NCBI GenBank assembly: GCA_052168175.1
Contig: JBQLZH010000005.1
Location: forward strand, 262,266 to 286,265
Direction of reading: 5' to 3'
From: Kiloniellales bacterium
GTDB lineage: Bacteria > Pseudomonadota > Alphaproteobacteria > Kiloniellales > DSM-21159
Length of the DNA: 24,000 nucleotides
Shown here: piece by piece, positions 1-7,818 of the stretch
Numbering within the stretch: position 1 is the first letter of the stretch
How the letters are laid out: each line of letters begins with the position of its first letter
Notes under the pieces: model-generated
What the model was told of the DNA's origin: nothing
The model's input: only the letters and a program-made list of their open reading frames with translations
The model's database searches: none
Translations under genes and position numbers: made by a program

Positions 1-2
1 TC

Positions 3-572
3 TCGCTCAATGACAGACCCGTCGACCTGGTCGAGGAAGGTTACGATCTGGCGATCCGGATCGGTAAGCTGGGCGACTCCAGTCTGGTCGCACGCCGTCT
101 CGCCCCCATGCGCCGCCTTTTGTTCGCCGCACCAGACTATCTCGCGCGGGCCGGACGGCCCGAGCATCCGAACGAGCTGAAACAGCACGAATGCCTGCTC
201 TACGCCTACCAGACGAGCGGCCAGACCTGGAGCTTCCGCGCGGCGGACGGAGGTACGGAGCGAGACGTCAAGGTGCGTATCTCGGGACGGCTGCGCATCA
301 ACAACGGCGACGCCATCTTGAAGGCCTGCATCGCGGGGCAGGGCGTCGCCCTGCTACCCAGTTTCATCTGTAGCGAAGCCATCAACGAGGGCGTCGTCGA
401 GCGACTTCTACCAGACTGGGAGGATGGGACGCCTGGCGGCGTGCATGCCGTCTTTCCGGCCAGCCGCAATCTCTCGCCCAAGGTTCGGGTCTTCATCGAC
501 TTCCTTCTGACCCGCTTCGGCAGCGAGCCCTATTGGGACTCCCAGCTCGGCGAGCAGGCTGTCATCGCTTGA
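3..572 (+). CDS. LysR-family transcriptional regulator, C-terminal substrate-binding domain (5' end outside window)
   Basis: The reading frame is open from nt 3: SLNDRPVDLVEEGYDLAIRIGKLGDSSLVARRLAPMRRLLFAAPDYL... This is a typical LysR effector-binding domain. The ATG at 108 in the ORF track is internal, and the HTH lies upstream of the window. Confidence 0.85.
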   Translation, partial: SLNDRPVDLVEEGYDLAIRIGKLGDSSLVARRLAPMRRLLFAAPDYLARAGRPEHPNELKQHECLLYAYQTSGQTWSFRAADGGTERDVKVRISGRLRINNGDAILKACIAGQGVALLPSFICSEAINEGVVERLLPDWEDGTPGGVHAVFPASRNLSPKVRVFIDFLLTRFGSEPYWDSQLGEQAVIA

Positions 573-620
573 TAAGCGAGCCTGGCGTTGCCCCGGCGTC
601 TCGTTCTGCTGCACAACCGC

Positions 621-1220
621 TCACGACCCGAGAAGGGCGAAGGCGACGGACAAGATCAGCAAGCACGCAAAGGTCAGGTTTGCGATACGGCCGCTTCGGG
701 GATTGCTCAGGACGGAAGAGAGGGATGAGCCGAAGACAAGCCAGGCACTGTTGACCGTCACGATCACCAGAGACAGAGCGGCAATCTTGGCAAGGGCATC
801 GAGGAGGAGTGTGCCCTCAACCAAGGTGTTGCCTGAGTAGACTGCACCGATAGCGGCGAAGGCCTTCGGGTTGGCGATTGCGAGCACGAGGCCGCTGGAG
901 AAGGCCGGTGCGGCCGCCGTCGTGTCCGCCGCGGAGAGGACCGGTGCGGTTGCGATCTTCCAGGCGAGATAGAGAATGTAGGCGGCGGCCAGGACCGTCA
1001 GAACACGAACCGCTGCAGGTTCGGCGAGGATCAATCCGGTAACGCCGGTCGCGATCATGACGAGGACGGTGAAGGTGCCGAGCAGGATGCCGCCGAGATA
1101 GGACAGCCCTCTTCGGACGCCGAAGGCGACCCCGACGCCGGCCAGGCTCATGGTTGCGGGCCCGGGGCTGCCCATCAGCGGAAAAGCGGCGAGCCAGAGC
1201 AGTACGAGGTCGTTTCCCAT
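621..1220 (-). CDS. LysE/RhtB-family amino-acid exporter
   Basis: Multi-pass hydrophobic protein whose N-terminus ...FPLMGSPGPATMSLAG... matches the LysE/RhtB signature region. ATG 1220 is preceded by GGAAGG; GTG 1235 is an alternative start. It is divergent from an AraC regulator. Confidence 0.8.
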   Translation of the reverse strand: MGNDLVLLWLAAFPLMGSPGPATMSLAGVGVAFGVRRGLSYLGGILLGTFTVLVMIATGVTGLILAEPAAVRVLTVLAAAYILYLAWKIATAPVLSAADTTAAAPAFSSGLVLAIANPKAFAAIGAVYSGNTLVEGTLLLDALAKIAALSLVIVTVNSAWLVFGSSLSSVLSNPRSGRIANLTFACLLILSVAFALLGS

Positions 1221-1296
1221 TGGCCTTCCCGTCACGGCATTTGCATGATGACTGCCTGGAAGGGATGGGAGCTGTCTTGAACGTTTGTGCAGGATA

Positions 1297-2100
1297 ATGG
1301 GATATCCGCTTCGCAGTCGGGTCCGCCATCTGTCGGTTTTCGGAGGGGCCGAAGCGGTCGAGGCCTACTTCTGCGGCCACCGTTTCTCGCCGCACCGACA
1401 CGATACCTACACGCTCGGCTATACGACCTCCGGCGTGCAGCGCTTCCGCTATCGCGGCGCAGAGCGTTTCTCGTGCCCAGGCGATGTCTTCGTGCTGCAT
1501 CCGGACGAGCTTCACGACGGGTGGCCGGGCACAGACGACGGGTATGGCTACCGCGCGATCTACCTGTCGCCCAGCCTCGTCAGCGACGCTTTGGGAGGTG
1601 CGCCGCTGCCGTTCCTTGCCGAAGCTGTGTCGCGACAGCCGTCACTGCTGATGGCCATCAGAGAAGCAATCGGGGATCCAGCCGAGACGCAGGATAGTCT
1701 GGCACCTGTTGCTGCGATTACAGCCTTGGCCGATGCACTGGCCGCCCTGGAGAGCAAGAGTAGATCGCTTCCTCGACGAACCGACGCGATCAAGATGACC
1801 CGCATCAGGGATCGTTTGGAAGCGATGGCAGTCTCCGGCATCGGCGTTTCGAGTCTGGAACGGGAGTACGGCATCGATCGCTACAGCCTGTCCCGGCAGT
1901 TCCGTGCCTGCTTCGGCGTGAGCCCCTGGCGCTTCGTGATTCTGAGGCGGTTGGACGAGGCGAAACGGCAGATCCTGGCGGGTGCCTCGCTCGCCGATGC
2001 CGCTTCGATCTCTGGCTTTGCGGATCAGAGCCATATGACGCGGCGGTTCCGCCAAGCCTTCGGGCTGACTCCCGGAGAGTGGCGCCGCCTGCTGACCTGA
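1297..2100 (+). CDS. AraC-family transcriptional regulator (cupin-like N-domain plus HTH)
   Basis: The C-terminus ...ISGFADQSHMTRRFRQAFGLTPGEWRR is a classic AraC HTH_18 motif. The N-terminal part (HRHDTYTLGYTTSG...GDVFVLHPDELHDG) looks like an AraC-type cupin ligand domain. The start is ATG 1297 or TTG 1285. Confidence 0.85.
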   Translation: MGYPLRSRVRHLSVFGGAEAVEAYFCGHRFSPHRHDTYTLGYTTSGVQRFRYRGAERFSCPGDVFVLHPDELHDGWPGTDDGYGYRAIYLSPSLVSDALGGAPLPFLAEAVSRQPSLLMAIREAIGDPAETQDSLAPVAAITALADALAALESKSRSLPRRTDAIKMTRIRDRLEAMAVSGIGVSSLEREYGIDRYSLSRQFRACFGVSPWRFVILRRLDEAKRQILAGASLADAASISGFADQSHMTRRFRQAFGLTPGEWRRLLT

Positions 2101-2139
2101 AACGGCCGGAGGCTGTCCGCCTGCAGGATTGCGAGCCTG

Positions 2140-3720
2140 CTAGGCCGCGCTGTTCTGCAGGCTGCGATAGAGGTCGGTGCCTTCTTGCGCCAGGGTGTTG
2201 GCGCTCTGCACCGCTTCGGCGATTGAGTCCAGATTGCTGCTGATTTCCCCGACGGCGCCGGCGGCCGACTGCATGTTGGCGGTCATCTCGCGGGTCGTCG
2301 TCGCCTGCTCGTCGATCGCACTGGCTACCTCGGTCACGCTCGCGTCGACGGACTCGACGGCAGTCTTGATCTCGCCGAGGCGCTGCACGACGTCTCCGGC
2401 TACGGACTGGATACCGGCAATTTCCGAGGAGACCTGTTCCGTTGCCCTGGCGACCTCATTGGCCAGCGATTTCACTTCGGAGGCGACCACTGCAAAGCCC
2501 TTGCCGGCTTCACCCGCGCGGGCGGATTCGATGGTGGCGTTGAGAGCGAGCAGATTGATCTGGCCGGCGATATCCTGAATCACTTCGATGATGCTGTTCA
2601 TGGCATCGGCCGCACCCACGAGCTGTTGGGTCGAGGTGTCGGCATTGGCCGTTTCGGACATCGCCGTCTCCACCTGTGCGGTCGACAGCTCCATGCTTTG
2701 CGTAATCTCGGCTGCGGAAGCCTGATATTGCTCTGCCGCCGAGGCCATGGACTGGACCATCTGCGAGGTCTCGCTGGAGAGGGTGGCGGCGGCGGTTGTC
2801 TGTGCGTTGGCGGTACCGACCGAGGTCAGGATCTGGTCGAGATTGCCGTCGACCAGTTTGCCAACCCGCTCCGCTTCCTGACGGGTCAGCACCTGCTGCG
2901 TCACGTTTGTGGCATAGGTGACGACCTTGAAGGGCTTGCCGTCGGGATCGAGGATCGGGTTGTAGGAGGCTTGCAGCCAGAGCTCCTTGCCGCCCTTGCC
3001 GATCCGTTTGTATTCCGAAGCTTGGTGTTCTCCACGCGCTAGGGCGGCCCAGAAGTGGCTATCTTGCCCGCTTTGACCGTCAACGGCTTTGGCGTCGTTC
3101 GGGTCCAGAAAGATCCGGTGAGGGCGTCCCTCGATCTCCTCCAGGCTGTAGCCGACAGTTTCCAGAAAGTTGTCGTTAGCGTCGAGAATTGTGCCGTCGA
3201 GGCTGAAAGAAACGACGGCCTGTGCCTTATCGATCGCTTCGATCTGACCGCGATAATCGGCGTTCTGCAGGGTTTGTGCCGTCACGTCGATCGCATGCTT
3301 GATGACCTTGATCACACGGCCGCGTCCGTCGATGACGGGGCTGTAGGTTGCCTGGATCCAGATCGGCTCACCGCCCTTGCGCAGGCGTTTGAAAACACCG
3401 GTCGGCGGCTCGCCGCGACGCAGATTTTCCCAGAACTCCCGGTAGGCGTCGCTCTTTGCGTAGTCCGGCTCTGCGAACATGCTGTGGTGACGGCCTTTGA
3501 TCTCGGACAGCTCGTATCCCATGGCTGCGAGGAAGTTTCGGTTGGCTGTGATGATCGTCCCATCGGGCTCGAAATGAATAATGGCCTGCGACCTATCGAG
3601 CTCCGCCAGCATTGATTCGATCTCGACCGAGGTAACCGGGATACGGCTCCCGGCCGTTCCGCCGGACGAACCGGTGGCACGCCCATGACCAAAGAGGCGG
3701 CGTAGCGATAAGTGCGGCAT
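2140..3720 (-). CDS. Soluble methyl-accepting chemotaxis protein with two tandem PAS domains
   Basis: The hairpin-tip motif [34 protein letters not shown] marks an MCP signalling domain. Two homologous PAS/PAC units are present ([32 protein letters not shown]... and [32 protein letters not shown]...). There is no hydrophobic segment and no HAMP. ATG 3720 has GAGGA 9 nt upstream; the ORF track's GTG 3768 is an alternative start. Confidence 0.9.
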   Translation of the reverse strand: MPHLSLRRLFGHGRATGSSGGTAGSRIPVTSVEIESMLAELDRSQAIIHFEPDGTIITANRNFLAAMGYELSEIKGRHHSMFAEPDYAKSDAYREFWENLRRGEPPTGVFKRLRKGGEPIWIQATYSPVIDGRGRVIKVIKHAIDVTAQTLQNADYRGQIEAIDKAQAVVSFSLDGTILDANDNFLETVGYSLEEIEGRPHRIFLDPNDAKAVDGQSGQDSHFWAALARGEHQASEYKRIGKGGKELWLQASYNPILDPDGKPFKVVTYATNVTQQVLTRQEAERVGKLVDGNLDQILTSVGTANAQTTAAATLSSETSQMVQSMASAAEQYQASAAEITQSMELSTAQVETAMSETANADTSTQQLVGAADAMNSIIEVIQDIAGQINLLALNATIESARAGEAGKGFAVVASEVKSLANEVARATEQVSSEIAGIQSVAGDVVQRLGEIKTAVESVDASVTEVASAIDEQATTTREMTANMQSAAGAVGEISSNLDSIAEAVQSANTLAQEGTDLYRSLQNSAA

Positions 3721-3764
3721 GTAGGGGGTCCTCGCGGAAAAGCAGTGTCGAAAAATGCAGAGCT

Positions 3765-3980
3765 TCACCAGTGTTTGGAGAGCTCATGACAACCAGTGCG
3801 AGAGATTGCCCTCCAATAGTTGATAGATTGTAAAATTTGATCGATTTTGCTGAGGGTTAGCTGGTGTTCCAGGATCGTTTTGAAAACCCTCTTAAGACTT
3901 TCAAGACCGTAGCCCGCCAGCTGATTCTCGAATAAATAGTGAGCTATATAATTTTTGATTGTATCCAATTTACGCGTCAT
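3765..3980 (-). CDS. Hypothetical 71-aa protein in an AT-rich islet (tentative)
   Basis: ATG 3980 to TGA 3765 encodes [71 protein letters not shown], which looks helical. The stop overlaps the alternative GTG start of the downstream MCP as GTGA. There is no clear SD and codon usage is atypical (AT-rich). The longer ORF-track version (to 4136) runs antisense into the neighbouring gene and is implausible. Confidence 0.3.
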   Translation of the reverse strand: MTRKLDTIKNYIAHYLFENQLAGYGLESLKRVFKTILEHQLTLSKIDQILQSINYWRAISRTGCHELSKHW

Positions 3981-4034
3981 TAACGCGAATACGGCAGCTT
4001 CCGCACCACACAAACCGTGAACCGGAGGAGCCCC

Positions 4035-4682
4035 ATGTATCGCGCCCTGTCCAGCTTGACCGTTTCGCTCGCCGTTCTGTCGGCCGCTTTCGGTATTTCG
4101 GGTGCTCCTGCAGTCGGTTCCGCCGATGCTGCTCAAGTCGCTGCCACGATATCGCAGACTAGGATCGCCGACGCCGATCTCGAGGAGATGCGTAGCTGGA
4201 TCGCGGTGCCGGTCACCGTCGCGACCTTACGCGGTCTCAACGCTCAGCAGAGTGCCCTGTCTCAAAGCGATATCGAGGCCTTGGACACGGCGTGGCGTGG
4301 CGAGCGAGAGCAAATCGGCGACCGGCCGCTTGTCGCCGAGTTGATGGCTCGGCCGCTGTCCAACTACCTGATCCGCCGGCAGGCTATGGCGAACGGTCTC
4401 TATACCGAGATTTTCGTGATGACCAACCGCGGGCTGAACGCCGGGCAGAGCGCGGTGACCAGCGACTATTGGCAGGGTGACGAAGCGAAGTTCAGCAAGA
4501 CCTTCGAAGTCGGCCCGGACGCCGTTTTCATCGACGAGGCGGAGTTGCACGAAGCGTCGGGCACCTGGCGCCAGCAAGTCAACTTCACCATCGTCGATCC
4601 GGACAACGGCGATGCCATCGGGGCAGTGACCATCGAGGTCAACCTAACCGAACTGGCGCGCCGCCGCGCCTCGGCATCCTAA
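4035..4682 (+). CDS. Secreted periplasmic sensor-like protein (PDC/Cache-like by impression)
   Basis: GGAGGA lies 5 nt upstream of ATG 4035. The signal peptide is MYRALSSLTVSLAVLSAAFGISGAPAVGSADA. The mature part carries ...LYTEIFVMTNRGLNAGQSAVTSDYWQGDEAKF...GTWRQQVNFTIVDPDNGDAIGAVTIEVNL, reminiscent of extracytoplasmic PAS-like (PDC/Cache) sensor domains. Confidence in the CDS is high; confidence in the fold is moderate. Confidence 0.8.
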   Translation: MYRALSSLTVSLAVLSAAFGISGAPAVGSADAAQVAATISQTRIADADLEEMRSWIAVPVTVATLRGLNAQQSALSQSDIEALDTAWRGEREQIGDRPLVAELMARPLSNYLIRRQAMANGLYTEIFVMTNRGLNAGQSAVTSDYWQGDEAKFSKTFEVGPDAVFIDEAELHEASGTWRQQVNFTIVDPDNGDAIGAVTIEVNLTELARRRASAS

Positions 4683-4742
4683 GCGCTCTCACCCGTTTTC
4701 CGCGACCAGAGCTGGAACAGCCCCGACACGGAGCCCTTCCCC

Positions 4743-6428
4743 ATGACGTTCCTCGACAATCTGCCCATCGTGCGCAAGCTGACCATTGCCTTTGCCGGTG
4801 TGTTCCTGATCGGAGCCATCGCCTCGGGTGTGGGCCTCGGCCAAATGTCGGCAATTCAAGAGAGCACCAAGGCGACTCGCGCCACGATCGAAGCCGCACG
4901 TCATCTGGAGGGTGTGCGGGAAGCCTTTATCGAACAGCAAGGTGCGATCCGCGGGCTGCTGTTGAGCGGTGCGCCCAGCTATGTCGCGCAGTACGACAGC
5001 GCAGTGGAGCAATACGGTCTGTCGTATGGTTTGACGCGGACCGCGCTTGCCGATGAAGCCTCGTCTCTGACGGCGCTGTCCGCGCTCAACGACGAGGTCG
5101 TCAGCTGGCAGAGTGGAGTTGCTGCCCGCCAGATTCAGCTCATGCGCGAGCCTTTAACCATCGATGAAGCGAGGGCCATCGAAGCCTCCGGTGCCTCCAC
5201 CTCGGCGATGGGGCGTGTCCAGGAGATTTACGGCGCTCTCTTGGATCAGAAACGCGCAGCCATCGAAGTGAGCGCCGCCCAGGAAAGCGCCGCCTTCTCG
5301 ACCGCCTTCGCCGTATTGATCGCTGGCGGAGCCTTGTCGCTCGCCGCGGCGGTCTGTTTCGGCCTGCTGCTGATGCGCAGCCTGTCGCGTCCGATCTCCG
5401 CCATGACGCAGGCCATGAGCCGGCTTGCCGACGGCGATACGTCGGTTGCGGTGCCCAGCGTCGGTCGCGGCGACGAGGTCGGTGCCATGGCGGCAGCCGT
5501 TCAGGTCTTCAAGGACAATGCGATCCGGAACGCCGAACTGGCCGCGGATGCCGAACGGGAGGCCGCCGAACGGTCTAAACGTGCGGATAGGCTGCGCGAT
5601 ATGACTCAGGGCTTCAGCCGGGATATCGGCGTGGTGCTGGAGCAGGTGACCGGTGCTGCGCGACAACTGCAGGGCACCAGTACCAGCCTGACATCGACAG
5701 CGCAGGAAACGAGCGACCGCGCCGCGAGTGTCGCCTCCTCCTCGGAGCGTGCGAGCAATGGCGTCGAGACTGTCGCCGCCGCTTCGGAAGAGTTGGGAGC
5801 CTCGATCGAGGAGATCAGCCGCCAGGTGGTGAAGCAGCGCGAGCTGGCCGGCGAGGCGGCGCAGGATGCGAAGTCCAGCGATGCCGAGGTGCGCCGTCTG
5901 GCGGAAAGCGCTCAGAAGATCGGCGACGTCGTCAGCCTGATTACCGACATCGCCGAGCAGACCAATCTGCTGGCGTTGAACGCCACCATCGAAGCCGCAC
6001 GCGCCGGGGAGGCCGGTAAGGGCTTTGCGGTCGTGGCCAGCGAGGTGAAGAATCTGGCCAGCCAGACGGCCAAGGCGACCGAACAGATCGCCAAGGACGT
6101 CGAAGCCATTCAGTCCCAGACCTCTGCGACCGTGAGCTCCATCGACGTGATCGGCCAGCGTATCGGTTCGATCAGCGAGATCGCCACGGCCGTGGCCAGT
6201 GCCGTCGAAGAGCAGGCGGCGGCGACCAAGGAGATCTCTCGCAACGTGCAAGAGGCTGCCGCCGGCGCGCGCGACGTGACCAGCAACATCGGCGGCGTCA
6301 CCGAGACGGCGAACGGCCTCGACCGCTCCTCCTCCGAGCTGGCGGACGCATCGCGGGCCTTGACCGGTCAGGCGGAGGAGCTGCAGAGTTTCGTCTCCCG
6401 CTTCGTGGACGACGTGCGGGCGGCCTGA
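4743..6428 (+). CDS. Transmembrane methyl-accepting chemotaxis protein (helical CHASE3/4HB-like periplasmic domain, HAMP, MCP signalling domain)
   Basis: TM1 is [20 protein letters not shown]. The helical periplasmic region includes ...[28 protein letters not shown]... (CHASE3-like). TM2 is [23 protein letters not shown]. The HAMP region is [39 protein letters not shown]. The tip motif is [34 protein letters not shown]. Confidence 0.92.
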   Translation: MTFLDNLPIVRKLTIAFAGVFLIGAIASGVGLGQMSAIQESTKATRATIEAARHLEGVREAFIEQQGAIRGLLLSGAPSYVAQYDSAVEQYGLSYGLTRTALADEASSLTALSALNDEVVSWQSGVAARQIQLMREPLTIDEARAIEASGASTSAMGRVQEIYGALLDQKRAAIEVSAAQESAAFSTAFAVLIAGGALSLAAAVCFGLLLMRSLSRPISAMTQAMSRLADGDTSVAVPSVGRGDEVGAMAAAVQVFKDNAIRNAELAADAEREAAERSKRADRLRDMTQGFSRDIGVVLEQVTGAARQLQGTSTSLTSTAQETSDRAASVASSSERASNGVETVAAASEELGASIEEISRQVVKQRELAGEAAQDAKSSDAEVRRLAESAQKIGDVVSLITDIAEQTNLLALNATIEAARAGEAGKGFAVVASEVKNLASQTAKATEQIAKDVEAIQSQTSATVSSIDVIGQRIGSISEIATAVASAVEEQAAATKEISRNVQEAAAGARDVTSNIGGVTETANGLDRSSSELADASRALTGQAEELQSFVSRFVDDVRAA

Positions 6429-6515
6429 TCCAGCGGTCTCTTTGCCCGGCCTCGAGTTTGCGAGGGGTATGCGGCTGCTGCGACGTCAGCCTCGGCTTTC
6501 GATCATTTAAACCTT

Positions 6516-6556
6516 AACGGGCTCGGCATTGCCGGGCCCGTTGCGCTTTAGCTTTT
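6516..6556 (+). terminator. Probable intrinsic terminator downstream of the transmembrane MCP gene
   Basis: A 12-bp stem AACGGGCTCGGC / GCCGGGCCCGTT (one G-U pair) with loop ATT spans 6516..6542. It is followed by GCGCTTTAGCTTTTCC, an interrupted T-tract. Confidence 0.5.
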
Positions 6557-6760
6557 CCGATCCTGTCCAACATGTTAGGAAGCCTACATGATCGCTTGTG
6601 TGGACATAGACAGCCTGAGCCCGGCCGCTTTGCGCGGCGGTGAACGACGAGGGTGCGGCCGCCGACGCGCGGCCTGAGCCGTCCGCTTGCGCCTGCGCAG
6701 GATGGCGGCTCCCGAGACTTCAGCCGAGCCATCGATCCAGACGCACGCGAGACTCCTTCC

Positions 6761-7309
6761 ATGAGCCTGAATATTGCTGACGCCACGCCTGCCGACGATG
6801 CCCAGATCGAGGCGTTGCTCGACCGCACCTTCGGTTACGCCCGTAAACAGAAGACCTCCTATCGCCTGCGTGACGGCATCGCGCCGCTGTCCAAGCTTTG
6901 CTTCGTTGCTCGCCATGCCGATGGCGGCCTGCTGGCTGCGATCCGCTACTGGCCGATCCGGATCGAAACGACGCCGGCCATCCTGCTCGGCCCCTTGGCG
7001 GTGGAGCCGGCACTGCAAGGCCAGGGCTACGGCAAGGCGTTGGTTCGCCATAGTCTGAGCGAGGCCAAGCGCCAAGGACACCGCATCTGTGTCGTGATCG
7101 GTGCCCCTGCCTACTACGGTCCCTTCGGCTTTCTTTCGGCGCCGGCCGCCGGCCTGGTTATGCCGGGTCCGGTCGAACCGGAGCGCTTTCAAGCGCTAGC
7201 GCTGCGGCCCGGCGCCCTGGCGGGCGTTCACGGCGTGCTGCGTCGCGCCGAGACCGCCGAAGCGGACGGTGGCGCCGATCTGGAGAGCGATCGCGCCGGC
7301 TGCGCCTAA
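6761..7309 (+). CDS. GNAT-family N-acetyltransferase (YhbS/COG3153-like)
   Basis: Starts at ATG 6761 (MSLNIADATPADDAQIEALLDRTFG...). The acetyl-CoA binding motif region is LGPLAVEPALQGQGYGKALVRHSL. The upstream part of the track ORF (from 6653) is Arg/Pro-rich and not protein-like. Confidence 0.85.
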   Translation: MSLNIADATPADDAQIEALLDRTFGYARKQKTSYRLRDGIAPLSKLCFVARHADGGLLAAIRYWPIRIETTPAILLGPLAVEPALQGQGYGKALVRHSLSEAKRQGHRICVVIGAPAYYGPFGFLSAPAAGLVMPGPVEPERFQALALRPGALAGVHGVLRRAETAEADGGADLESDRAGCA

Positions 7310-7818
7310 TTCAAAATGACAATGCCGGCGTTCAATAAGCCCGCGTAGGCCAGCCACAGCAGGTAAGGAACGAGCAGCAAGGCGGCGGGACGGCTGAGGT
7401 CGGCGAAGCTGCGTGCGGTCAGCGCAACCAGAGCGAAGAGCAACAGGATCACAAGCAGGCCCGGCAGGGGCGCCTGAGCTCCGAAAAAGACGAAGGGCCA
7501 CGTGAGATTGACCGCCAGTTGGAGGCCCCAGAGCAGGAGGGGCCCGCGAGCCCGGCTCGCTTCGCCTGTCGCGGCAGCGCTGCGCCAGATCAACCAAGCC
7601 GCCACCGCCATCAGGATGAAGAGTAGGGTCCAAGCAACCGGGAAGGCCCAACCGGGCGGTTTGATCGCAAGCTGCGCGAGGCCGTCGTACCAGTCCTGAT
7701 TGGCCTGGGCGGGAAGGCGGCCGATCTGCCCAACACCCAAGGTGAGCACCAGGAAACCGGCGAGCAAAATCCAGTCGCGCCCGCGAGCGACTCCCGGCGC
7801 AGGCGGCCGCGTCGTCAC
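7306..7818 (-). CDS. tspO: TspO/MBR tryptophan-rich sensory protein
   Basis: Motifs WYDGLAQLAIKPPGWAFPVAWTLLFILMAVAAWLIWR...LWGLQLAVNLTWPFVFFG...LLVPYLLWLAYAGLLNAGI and five hydrophobic helices. No in-frame ATG lies upstream of the motifs. GTG 7818..7816 overlaps the upstream gene's TGA (GTGA) and gives a normal 170-aa product. The ORF-track start at 7947 would add an Arg/Pro-rich extension overlapping the upstream gene. Confidence 0.85.
   Translation of the reverse strand: MTTRPPAPGVARGRDWILLAGFLVLTLGVGQIGRLPAQANQDWYDGLAQLAIKPPGWAFPVAWTLLFILMAVAAWLIWRSAAATGEASRARGPLLLWGLQLAVNLTWPFVFFGAQAPLPGLLVILLLFALVALTARSFADLSRPAALLLVPYLLWLAYAGLLNAGIVILN

Noticed and set aside
1700-1713. TGGCAC...TTGC sigma-54-like sequence.
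   Set aside because: The GG-to-GC spacing is 10 nt rather than the canonical 12, and it lies inside the AraC coding region with no downstream target gene.
2461-6060. About 100-nt inverted repeat (roughly 2461..2565 versus 5957..6060) at about 80 percent identity by eye.
   Set aside because: This is the conserved hairpin-tip coding region of two oppositely oriented MCP paralogues, not a mobile-element or inversion-system repeat.
6588-6677. 29-aa ORF with AGGAAG upstream, in the 333-bp spacer between the MCP and the GNAT gene. The nearby palindrome AACATGTT and the TGTCCA...TGGACA inverted repeat (6564..6606) were also noted.
   Set aside because: The ORF is too short and its tail is Arg/Gly-rich. 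The inverted repeat has a long loop and a bulge. There is not enough support to call a gene, attenuator or operator.
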